Positions 22,276 through 32,836 of a stretch of DNA of 43,269 bases are shown in pieces (the stretch's first letter is position 1; each line of letters starts with the position of its first letter). The stretch is taken from positions 1 through 43,269 of the forward strand of contig NIVC01001572.1 of the NCBI GenBank assembly GCA_002269645.1, in the 5' to 3' direction. Under the pieces are notes generated by a model. That model was given only the letters and a program-made list of their open reading frames with translations. It made no database searches and was not told the DNA's origin. This stretch comes from Macrostomum lignano. Its lineage: Eukaryota. The translations under genes were made by a program, and so were the position numbers.

Positions 22276-25200
22276 ACTGCTGGTACTGCTGCCAAAGTTG
22301 GAGTACGGTATGCCGCCTGTGTCGGAGGCTGCTGCGGGCATCTCAGGATAATAGGCCGCACTGCCTGGTGGCGGCGGCAGCGGTGGCCGGCGCAGCGGAG
22401 GCGGCAGCGACGCCTGTTGAAGCCTGGCGCCGCTCGGGCCGGGGCTCATGGAAGCAGAGGCGGCCGAATAGCCAATCAGCGGCGGGGGCGCCGGTGTCTG
22501 GAAGTAGCGGTGGCCGGCGGTGGCGGCCGCCAGGAACGCAGGGTCGGGCAGGCCCAGGCCTGACGGCATTCGCGGCGGCTGCTGCAGATGCCCCATCATG
22601 CCGAAGGCGCCGTCCCTCGGCGGTGGCAGCAGCGGTGGTTGCGGCGCTCGAGTCAACCCAGCGCTGAACGGCGGCTGCGGCGGCTGCTGTGGCAGCGGGG
22701 GCGGCAGCGGCGGCGGTCCGTACGAGAAGCCAGCCGCAGCAGCCGCCACTTTCTTTGAAGCGGCCGCTGACGGCTGCTGGCGGCCCGTCTTGCCGCCCCG
22801 CGACGCGTGACCCGTCGGTCTGGACGGCGGCTTCTGCTGCTGCGGCTTCTGGCTCTGCGGCGGCTGCTGCGGTGTCGCGGCGACTTCATCGGCTGCCGCC
22901 GAAGGTCCGGCCTGCTGCTGCCTGGTCGAGTCTCCGCCCGCCTCAGAGCGCGGCTGCTTTGCGCTTGACGCCTGCAGTAGGCGGCAAAGCTGAGTCAGTC
23001 ATGCTGTGACAAACCCCAGTCATAGGCAGTCATGCTGTGACAAACCCCAGTCATAGTCAGTCATGCTGTGACAAATGTCTGTCAGAGTCAGTCATGCTGT
23101 GACAAACCCCAGTCAGAGTCAGTCATGCTGTGACAAACCCCAGTCAGAGTCAGTCATGCTGTGACAAACCCCAGTCAGAGTCAGTCATGCTGTGACAAAC
23201 CCCAGTCAGAGTCAGTCATGCTGTGACAAATGTCTGTCAGAGTCAGTCATGCTGTGACAAACCCCAGTCAGAGTCAGTCATGCTGTGACAAACCCCAGTC
23301 AGAGTCAGTCATGCTGTGACAAACCCCAGTCAGAGTCAGTCATGCTGTGACAAACCCCAGTCAGAGTCATTCATGCTGTGACAAACCCCAGTCAGAGTCA
23401 GTCATGCTGTGACAAACCCCAGTCAGAGTCAGTCATGCTGTGACAAACCCCAGTCAGAGTCAGTCATGCTGTGACAAACCCCAGTCAGAGTCAGTCATGC
23501 TGTGACAAACCCCAGTCAGAGTCAGTCATGCTGTGACAAACCCCAGTCAGAGTCAGTCACGCTGTGACAAACCCCAGTCAGAGTCAGTCACGCTGTGACA
23601 AACCCCAGTCAGAGTCAGTCACGCTGTGACAAACCCCAGTCAGAGTCAGTCACGCTGTGACAAACCCCAGTCAGAGTCAGTCATGCTGTGACAAAACCCC
23701 AGTCAGAGTCAGTCATGCTGTGACAAACCCCAGTCAGAGTCAGTAAAATGGACTTACAAATAGTTTTCCGTAGACAGCCTTCGAGTTTCTGCCGCCCGGC
23801 ATGTGGTTCTCGCGGACCGCTGAAAGAGGCGGCGGATGCATCCATGCAGGATCAGTCAGGCCCATTCAGAGTGGCGGTGACCCTTGAGCAAGCAGGCTCG
23901 AACTCACACAGGGTGTACAAAGCTCTGACTTTCTCCTCGTCAGGCATGTACAGTCTCTGTCTCTGTGCCTTACAGGTTGGCCTTCATGGGCGTCAGCTGT
24001 CTCACCGTCAGCTGTCTCACCGTCAGCTGTCTCACCGTCAGCTGTCTCACCGTCAGCTGTCTCACCGTCAGCTGTCTCACCGTCAGCTATCTCACCGTCA
24101 GCTGTCTCACCGTCAGCTGTCTCACCGTCAGCTATCTCACCGTCAGCTGTCTCACCGTCAGCTATCTCTTCCGTACCTTCCACAACCATGCCGGTGTCCA
24201 GGCACTTCCTGAAGCGGCAGAACTGGCAGTTGTTCCGGCGCTGCAGCTGCACGTCGCAGCCCTGGCCGAAGCCGCACTCGTAGATTCGGCGGTTCTGCAC
24301 GGTGCGCTTGAAGAAGCCCTTGCAGCTGCGGGAGGGGTTGCGGCTTTGAGAAAGCTGCCTGACCTGTCTGCTACGGAACAGAGCCCTCTGCGGTGGGGAG
24401 TCCCGGCTCTCTGGGACCCTCAACACGCATCATCACTCAAGATCGAACCCTGCTCACCCCTCGCAGGTCATGACTCCGTAGTGCAGGCCGGTGGCTCGGT
24501 CCTCGCACACAGCGCACGGCTCCCCCGAGGCGACCGCGGCAGCTGCGGCCGCTGCCTTCGCCCCCGCAGAGGAAGCCAGCGGCATCGAAGAGGCATCCGC
24601 CTCGGAGCCCGCAGTCGAATCCTTCAGACTCGCGGTGTCATCGTTGAGCGTGCTGGTGCTGGACATTGTCTCGACCAGGGCGTCGCCGAGCTCCTCCATG
24701 GCGCCGGCGTGCTCCCCGCCGCTGTAGAAGCGCACGAAGTTGTTCAGCGGGAGTCCCGGTGCCTCCAGCTTGCGCTTGCGGTTCACGCTGGCGAATTTCT
24801 CATGAAACTTCTTGGTGTAGTAGAGCGACCCGTCCGGGTTGTCGCTGCCGCCGTCCGCTGAGGCCGCGGCAGCCGCTGACGCTGCAGCCGCTTCCGAAGC
24901 CGCCTCCGACGGCTGGTCGTCGCTGTCGTCCATCGGCGGCAGCAGCTGCTGGGAGCAGAGCTTCAGGCCGCAGGTGGCCAGCTTGCAGCTCGAGTTGTCG
25001 CGCACGAATGACACGCCGAACTCGTTGAGAATCCGGTTGAGCAGCTGGCTCGGGTTGCTCACCTCCGAGTCGTCGGAGTTGTCGCTGACGTCGCCGGTGG
25101 TGGGCACCTTGTCGGAGTCGTCCGTTCCGCTTTTCGCGTCGGGCTCCTGCTTTGCCTCCTCCATGTCCTCTCCAGTGGCTGCGAGGTGCAGCTTCAGCTT

Positions 25201-25356
25201 CATGTGCTTGAAGGCGCTGCTGCGGCTGCGGCTGCCGCTGCTGCTGCTGCTGCTGCTGCCGCCGCCGCCGCCATTGCTGCCAGTTTCCTCCTCGCTCATC
25301 TCTTTGGTCGGTGCCGTCAGCTTAGCTGCGTCTGCTTGGTGATTTTTCGATTGCAT
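19730..25356 (-). CDS. Hr4: Nuclear hormone receptor, HR4/GCNF (NR6A)-like. Exons (minus): 25356-24458, 24325-24177, 23819-23758, 22971-about 21800 (one frameshift near 22292), about 21590-21433, 19983-19730
   Basis: Spliced C4 [23 protein letters not shown]|[44 protein letters not shown]|[17 protein letters not shown], with phase-consistent GT-AG junctions. It closely follows the recalled insect HR4 DBD and C-terminal extension. A Pro/Gln hinge is followed by LBD-like helices ([39 protein letters not shown]). The nuclear receptor call is strong; the NR6A subfamily and the exon 4/5 junction are less certain. Confidence 0.85.
20165..20485 (+). mobile_element. tRNA-derived SINE with CORE-like central domain and (ATT)n tail, antisense in the last intron of the nuclear receptor
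   Basis: A box TAGCCTAGTGG (20172-20182) and B box GGTTCGATT (20218-20226). CCTTAAGCAAGACACTT..CTTCAGTTCACCCAGCTGTAAAATGGG (20253-20310) resembles the recalled MIR/CORE consensus CCTTGGGCAAGTCACTT..CCTCAGTTTCCTCATCTGTAAAATGGG. (ATT)n tail at about 20459-20483. Confidence 0.8.
22180..22290 (-). repeat. CAG trinucleotide tracts (poly-Gln in the hinge of the nuclear receptor)
   Basis: (CTG)n on the plus strand at about 22173-22193 and 22215-22272. Confidence 0.9.
22992..23744. repeat. 31-bp minisatellite (TCAGTCATGCTGTGACAAACCCCAGTCAGAG), about 24 copies, filling intron 3 of the nuclear receptor
   Basis: 31-bp period that runs nearly from acceptor to donor. Confidence 0.95.
23992..24168. repeat. 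15-bp minisatellite (CAGCTGTCTCACCGT), about 12 copies, in intron 2 of the nuclear receptor
   Basis: Starts a few bases after the gtacgg donor at 24176. Confidence 0.95.
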
Positions 25357-26315
25357 CAGAGATATGCTTCACAGGATGGCGTCAGTGAGGGCTTGGAATC
25401 TGCGGCTGGCCCGGGCACGCGCCCGCCCGCTGACATTGATAAAGACCGCGAGAGCTCGGCCAGCGGAGGCGGAGGGGAGGCGGGCGACTCAGTGGAGGGG
25501 CCGAGGCAGGTTGAGGCCAGACGGAGGGCTCTATTGAGCCACAAGCCAGTAGTAGCGTAGGGTGGCACAATGGGGTGCAGGGGGGGGGGGTGAGAGCACA
25601 CAATGGGGCTTGGGTCGGCAGAGACCCAGATGATGCAGCTGCTGCATGGAAGCTGCTGTCAGCTGACACACGAGTGGGCAAGCCGAGTTGCGACCCCATC
25701 GTGACGGAGGGACAGACAAGCAGTGAGTTGCCGAGGTCTCAGGACCCACTAAAAGCCCCAGAAAGCACTGTGACTGGCTGTGTAAACAGACAGGTGGCCG
25801 CCTTTAGTGCAGCGGGTCTCCTGCAAGTTTGAGCCTGGCGCAACCTGAGCGCTCGGATCAGCATCGAGAGTCGCCCACGCGGAGCTCATCCGATCCCACA
25901 GACTGAGTGCGAAACTCGATCCTCAACTTCAGTCGGAAATCCCCCATGGAGGCTTTAAATTTGTTTTTTTCCCGAAATCCCCCGCGAGAAAATACCGGCA
26001 AATGTGACAAATTTCCCGGAGAGGACTGACTGCGTGGGCCGGGAGGTGTCCGGGGGGGCATCTGCTGACATCACCGCGGCAGGGTTTCAATGGAGATCCC
26101 GTGCGGCATTTCATGGCAGCAAATTTATTGAATGCCGCCCAGAGGCATCCCCAAGCTTCCTTATTTGGAATTCTCGTGCCGTGGCCGCTTTGATTCTCCA
26201 CAAACTTGCTGAGCTTTTAAACAGTCTGCATTTTCATGGCTTGGCAGATCTGTGAAAAACTTACTCGATTTGACGTCAGAGTTCGTTGATTCTCATGGTT
26301 ATTTGATATCGCCAC

Positions 26316-27355
26316 TCTGCCAATCTACCAATTTGAGATGCTCCATTCTACCAATCTACCAATTTGAGATGCTCCATTCTACCAATCTACCAATTTGAGA
26401 TTCTCCATTCTACCAATCTACCAATTTGAGATGCTCCATTCTACCAATCTACCAATTTGAGATGCTCCATTCTACCAATCTACCAATTTGAGATGCTCCA
26501 TTCTACCAATCTACCAATTTGAGATTCTTCATTCTACCAATCTACCAATTTGAGATGCTTCATTCTGCCAATCTACCAATTTGAGATGCTCCATTCTGCC
26601 AATCTACCAATTTGAGATTCTTCATTCTACCAATCTACCAATTTGAGATGCTCCATTCTGCCAATCTACCAATTTGAGATGCTCCATTCTGCCAATCTAC
26701 CAATTTGAGATGCTTCATTCTATTAATCTACCAATTTGAGATGCTCCATTCTGCCAATCTACCAATTTGAGATGCTCCATTCTACCAATCTACCAATTTG
26801 AGATGCTCCATTCTGCCAATCTACCAATTTGAGATGCTCCATTCTATTAATCTACCAATTTGAGATGCTCCATTCTACCAATCTACCAATTTGAGATGCT
26901 CCATTCTGCCAATCTACCAATTTGAGATGCTCCATTCTGCCAATCTACCAATTTGAGATTCTTCATTCTACCAATCTACCAATTTGAGATGCTCCATTCT
27001 GCCAATCTACCAATTTGAGATGCTCCATTCTGCCAATCTACCAATTTGAGATGCTTCATTCTATTAATCTACCAATTTGAGATGCTCCATTCTGCCAATC
27101 TACCAATTTGAGATGCTCCATTCTACCAATCTACCAATTTGAGATGCTCCATTCTGCCAATCTACCAATTTGAGATGCTCCATTCTATTAATCTACCAAT
27201 TTGAGATTCTTCATTCTACCAATCTACCAATTTGAGATGCTCCATTCTGCCAATTTACCAATTTGAGATGCTCCATTCTATTAATCTACCAATTTGAGAT
27301 GCTCCATTCTTCGAATCTACTAATTTGAGATGCTTCACTTTGCCAATCTACTAAT
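26316..27355. repeat. 31-bp minisatellite (CTACCAATTTGAGATGCTCCATTCTACCAAT), about 33 copies
   Basis: Direct tandem repeat with point variants; degenerates at the right end. Confidence 0.96.
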
Positions 27356-27790
27356 TTATGATTTAAGAGTTTTGGTTTTCTAAAACTCCAGCGAGATTGT
27401 GTAAACTTTGAGTTCAGTTATTTTCAAGTTGCTAAGTAGTTGCTGCTCAGGGAGCTCTGTTTCCAGTCCAGGTCTCTAGTAGGGGTGTCCATGGAACAGG
27501 ACTTAATCCGGGATTTGAGCCCAGCTCGGCTCTTCACGGATCCAGGCGCGCTAACTGAGAGGGGGGCATCTCACTGACTCAGCAGCCGCCCAGAGTCTTA
27601 CCCGCTGCTCTGGCCGCCATGAGCCTCACTGTGTGCTCACTGTGTGCTCACTGTGCTCACTGTGTGCTCACACACTGTCTCTCTATGCTGTGCGCGCCGG
27701 CATCTGAAAGTAAAAATGTCAGACTTCGGACGAAAAGCACTGGGTCGACTGGTTGGCGCGCCTGGCAGCTTTGAGCTCTGCTACCTAGCG

Positions 27791-28130
27791 GAGCTGGTGG
27801 ATTGCTAATCTAGCCTATTTATGAGTATGAAGGAGTGGTGGATTGCTAATCTAGCCTATTTATGAGTATGAAGGAGGTGGTGGATTGCTAATCTAGCCTA
27901 TTTATGAGTATGAAGGAGGTGGTGATTGCTAATCTAGCCTATTTATGAGTATGAAGGAGGTGGTGGATTGCTAATCTAGCCTATTTATGAGTATGAAGGA
28001 GGTGGTGGATTGCTAATCTAGCCTATTTATGAGTATGAAGGAGCTGGTGGATTGCTAATCTAGCCTATTTATGAGTATGAAGGAGCTGGTGGATTGCTAA
28101 TCTAGCCTATTTATGAGTATGAAGGAGGTG
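27791..28130. repeat. About 42-bp minisatellite (GGTGGATTGCTAATCTAGCCTATTTATGAGTATGAAGGAGCT), about 8 copies; diverged relatives continue to about 28580
   Basis: Direct tandem repeat; related units (TGGATTGCTAATCTATCC) recur at 28270-28580. Confidence 0.92.
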
Positions 28131-28755
28131 TAGACAAGGACAACTTAAGTAGAAGGACGCAACACTCGAAATCTGTGGTAAATGTTTTGAAGGCAACTTT
28201 TCGCCGAAAAATACACTACAGAGATAGGAGGTTTTCATTTTTTCAGCACAAGGACTTAAGTAGTCCTTGGGTGTGGACTGCTAATCTATCCTATTTATGA
28301 GTATGAAGGACTAAAGGATTGCTGAACTTTTCTACAGAGTATAAGGAATACACTTCGTAATAATGGATTGCTAATCTATCCTACGGATTATAACGAATGT
28401 AAATAATCTATCCCATAGACTATAAAGGATGTAAATAATGGATTGCTAATCTATACCACGGATTATAACGAATGTAAATAATGGATTGCTAATCCATCCC
28501 ATGGATTATAACGAATGTAAATAATGGACTGGTAATTTATCCACGGATCAAAAGGAATCAAAATAATGGATTTCTAATTTATTTTTGAAAAGTTTATATT
28601 TTAAAAGAAAATAAATTTTATTTAAAGTCTCATATTAACTTAATTAAGTCGGAAGTTTTCTCAGTTAACTTGGGACTAGTTGCCATATTTGATTATTACT
28701 ACTGAGAGCGGCCACAGCAGGTCAGTAGTCAGTTAAACGGACCCAGAAACGCTTA

Positions 28756-28935
28756 CTTAACTGTTGCTATCTGATGTAAGATAGACTCCGATGAGGCTCA
28801 ATGAGGCTGGACTTGAGCTGCAGATTGAGTTCCCGGGGAGCCGGCAGCCGAGCTGGGATTTATAGGGCTGGCGGGGTGGCCGGTAACCCCCCCCCTCCCA
28901 GAGTCCCTGACGTCTGGCCGGGTTGGGGGCGGGGC
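28756..28935 (-). promoter_or_regulatory. Candidate minus-strand promoter plus short non-coding first exon, possibly of the nuclear receptor
   Basis: GC box GGGGCGGGGC (28926-28935), CRE-like TGACGTC (28908-28914), TATAAAT (28864-28858, minus) and an AA|GTAAGC donor at 28756, in the correct order. Based on motifs only. Confidence 0.33.
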
Positions 28936-29119
28936 GGCCCCAAGCCGATTTCCCGGCTTTGTTGACAGCCTGCGTGACTGCCGGCCCGCCTTCGGCATCT
29001 CTCGAGACCTCTCAATGAAGGGCTCGGGTTCTGAGCTCTGGCCGAAGTTCATGGCGATCAGGGAAGAACCAGTGGGAAAATGAGATATAAACTGAGATAG
29101 CGTGTGACAGAGAGTGAGA

Positions 29120-31562
29120 TAAAGTGATATGGAGAGTGAGAAAGAGAGTGAGAAAGAGAGTGAGATAGAGAGTGAGAAAGAGAGTGAGATGGAGAGTGAG
29201 ATATAGAGAGTGAGAAAAGAGTGAGATAGAGAGTGAAAGAGAGTGAGAAAGAGAGTGAGATACAGAGTGAGATGGAGAGTGAGATGGAGAATGAGATGGA
29301 GAGTGAGATAGAGAGTGAGAAAGAGAGTGAGAAAGAGATTAAGATAGAGAGTGAGATAGAGAGTGAGATAGAGAGTGAGATAGAGAGTAAGATAGAGAGT
29401 GAGATAGAGAGTGAGATAGAGAGTGAGATAGAGAGTGAGAAAGAGAGTAAGATAGAGAGTGAGATAGAGAGTGAGATAGAGAGTAAGATAGAGAGTGAGA
29501 TAGAGAGTGAGAAGAGAGTGAGAAAGAGATTAAGATAGAGTGAGATAGAAGTGAGATAGAGAGTGAGATAGAGAGTAGAGAGTGAGATAGAGAGTGAGAT
29601 AGAGAGTGAGATAGAGAGTGAGAAAGAGAGTAAGATAGAGAGTGAGATAGAGAGTGAGATAGAGAGTGAGAAAGAGAGTGAAAGAGAGTGAGAAAGAGAG
29701 TGAGAAAGAGATTAAGATAGAGAGTGAGATAGAGAGTAAGATAGAGTGAGATAGAGAGTGAGATAGAGAGTGAGAAAGAGATTAAGATAGAGAGTGAGAT
29801 AGAGAGTGAGATAGAGAGTGAGATAGAGAGTAAGATAGTGAGTGAGATAAGAGAGTGAGAAAGAGAGTGAGAAAGAGATTAAGATAGAGAGTGAGATAGA
29901 GAGTAAGATAGTGAGTGAGATAGAGAGTGAGAAAAGAGTGAGAAAGAGATTAAGATAGAGAGTGAGATAGAGAGTGAGATAGAGAGTGAGATAAGAGTAA
30001 GATAGAGAGTGAGATAGAGAGTGAGAAAGAGAGTGAGAAAGAGAGTAAGATAGAGAGTGAGATAGAGAGTGAGATAGAGAGTGAGATAGAGAGTAAGATA
30101 GAGAGTGAGATAGAGAGTGAGATAGAGAGTGAGATAGAGAGTGAGAAAGAGTAAGATAGAGATGAGATAGAGAGTGAGATAGAGAGTGAGAAAGAGAGTA
30201 AAAGAGAGTGAGAAGAGAGTGAGATAGAGAGTAAGAATAGAGAGTGAGATAGAGAGTGAGATAGAGAGTGAGATAGAGAGTGAGATAGAGAGTGAGATAG
30301 AGAGTAAGATAGAGAGTGAGATAGAGAGTGAGAAAGAGAGTGAGAAAGAGATTAAGATAGAGAGTGAGATAGAGAGTGAGATACAGAGTGAGATACAGAG
30401 AAAGATAGAGAGTGAGATAGAGAGTAAGATAGAGAGTGAGATAGGATGAGAAAGAGAGTGAGAAAGAGATTAAGATAGAGAGTGAGATAGAGAGTGAATG
30501 AGAGTGAGATAGAGAGTAAGATAGAGAGTGAGATAGAGAGTGAGATAGAGAGTGAGATAGAGAGTGAGAAAGAGAGTAAGATAAGAGTAGATAGAGAGTG
30601 AGATGAGAGTGAGAAAGAGAGTGAGAAAGAGAGTGAGAAAGAGAGTGAGATAGAGAGTAAGATAGAGAGTGAGATAGAGAGTGAGATAGAGAGTGAGATA
30701 GTGAGTGAGATAGAGAGTGAGAAAGAGAGTGAGAAAGAGATTAAGATAGAGAGTGAGATAGAGAGTAAGATAGTGAGTGAGATAGAGAGTGAGAAAGAGA
30801 GTGAGAAAGAGATTAAGATAGAGAGTGAGATACAGAGTGAGATACAGAGTAAGATAGCTAGTGAAGTGGAGAGTGAGAAAGAGAGTGAGATAGAGAGTGA
30901 GAAAGAGAGTAAGATAGAGAGTGAGATAGAGAGTGAGATGGAGAGTGAGAAAGAGAGTGAGAAAGAGAGTGAGAAAGAGAGTGAGATAGAGAGTAAGATA
31001 GAGAGTGAGATAGAGAGTGAGATAGAGAGTGAGATAGAGAGTGAGAAAGAGAGTAAGATAGAGAGTGAGATAGAGAGTGAGATAGAGAGTGAGATAGAGA
31101 GTGAGAAAGAGAGTGAGAAAGAGAGTGAGAAAGAGAGTGATATGGAGAGTGAGATAGAGAGTGAGATACAGAGTGAGATACAGAGTAAGATAGCTAGTGA
31201 AGTGGAGAGTGAGAAAGAGAGTGAGATAGAGAGTGAGAAAGAGAGTAAGATAGAGAGTGAGATAGAGAGTGAGATGGAGAGTGAGAAAGAGAGTGAGAAA
31301 GAGAGTGAGAAAGAGAGTGAGATAGAGAGTAAGATAGAGAGTGAGATAGAGAGTGAGATACAGAGTGAGATACAGAGAAAGATAGAGAGTGAGATAGAGA
31401 GTGAGATAGAGAGTGAGATAGAGAGTAAGATAGAGAGTGAGATAGAGAGTGAGATAGAGAGTGAGAAAGAGAGTGAGAAAGAGAGTAAGATAGAGAGTGA
31501 GATAGAGAGTGAGATAGGTAGAGACATACAGAGTGAGATACAGAGCGAGATACAGAGTGAGA
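29120..31562. repeat. 12-bp satellite (GAGAGTGAGATA and variants), about 2.4 kb
   Basis: Purine-rich tandem repeat; source of the SEIE / SLSI / LTLY pseudo-ORFs. Confidence 0.97.
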
Positions 31563-32112
31563 TAGCACAGGATTGCATTCGGAACCAAATTTAACTGACT
31601 CAGAGAATGATTATCATCTGAGTTTTATTTCTGAATTATTTTGACTAAAGCCACAGGCTTAGGGCGGCACAGTTGGTGTATTTAATAGAAACTAATGCAA
31701 GATTTGCTCTGTTCTACTTGCAAGTAGCATTGCATGAGCATACTAGTAAAGTATTAAGCAAGCTGCATTTAGCATGCTCGAACTAGCTTAATGCCCGCTT
31801 GTTCGCATTTACAGCTAAACTTTTCATGCTCACAACTCCGGATCAGTTGCACTTAAAGTGAAAATTTTTTCGCAAGTGTGTTCAAAATTTTGTTCTCTTT
31901 TTAAGATGACGCAAAGCTTACAATTACAGTCTACATTTCACTATCAAAGAATTGTCAATCCTCCAAAATCAATGAGACAATATTTCCAAACTCTTGGCCC
32001 ACCGGTACAACATGGACTTTAACATTCGAACTACGAGTATTTCTTTTGCGGTAACTTCTAGTGGTCCTTGGCGTGCGACATGCATATTGATTTTTTTATG
32101 ATTTGACATGAT

Positions 32113-32236
32113 ATGATTTTTTTATACAAGTTAAGCAGGACCGTCTGCGGTTAGTCTCTGAGAGGTAAATGGTGAATTAATAGATTGAGCTTTAGTTCAC
32201 CTGCTTGGAAAGGATGGGACTTTTGAATTTTGAGTA
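32113..32236. repeat. 124-bp direct repeat, copy 1 (copy 2 at 33106-33229)
   Basis: Identical by eye to 33106-33229 (offset 993). Confidence 0.93.
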
Positions 32237-32836
32237 GTGCATTGGTACATTTCGTTTAAAAAACAAACGTGCTAAAAAGCAGCTATTATTAATTTTGATA
32301 TTTTACATCGATTTCTGGCCAGGACAGGCACAGCTGCATGCTTGCAGGCTCTCCCCGTCATCGCTGAGGCACAAGAGGGCGCGACCTCTGGCGGGCGGTG
32401 TGGGAGGCGCAGCAGCTGTGGGCGCAGATGCCACTGGGGCAGGCGGGGCCGAGGCCGGAGGGGGGGCGCCCTGCTCAAACTGGCCTTTGACAGTCGAAGG
32501 AAAAATGACAGAAAATGTGTCTCGCTGAGTGCTGAGCCTTGAATGAATAACAACTACAGCCGAATGCACAGGATGGAGGGTGAGGCAGCTGCTACCGAGC
32601 TGAGCTGAGCACCCCATTCTTGTGAGTAGCTTGAGCACTGCTCTCTCGCCTTGCTCAACAATAGCGCTCATCTCTGACTCGCCTACACTGCTCAGGGGGG
32701 GGGCAGGCCAGATAAACAGGAGTTGCACCTGAGAAATGCAGATGCAGCGTGTTGCCGAGCACACAGAGAGAGACAGACCGGTCGGGCGGCCAGCCTTAGC
32801 AGACACTCGGCAGCTCTTTGCTCAATGACAGCGGCG

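Noticed and set aside
23866-24426. 186-aa ORF with DGETA repeats
   Set aside because: Only 24325-24177 is exon; the rest is intron containing a 15-bp minisatellite.
29233-31594. SEIE / SLSI / LTLY repeat proteins
   Set aside because: Frames of a 12-bp satellite, broken by indels in the left half.
32303-32806. 167-aa minus-strand ORF with Pro/Ala tract
   Set aside because: No recognisable domain or partner exons; overlaps the probable upstream region of the PB1-ZZ gene. Not excluded, but unsupported.
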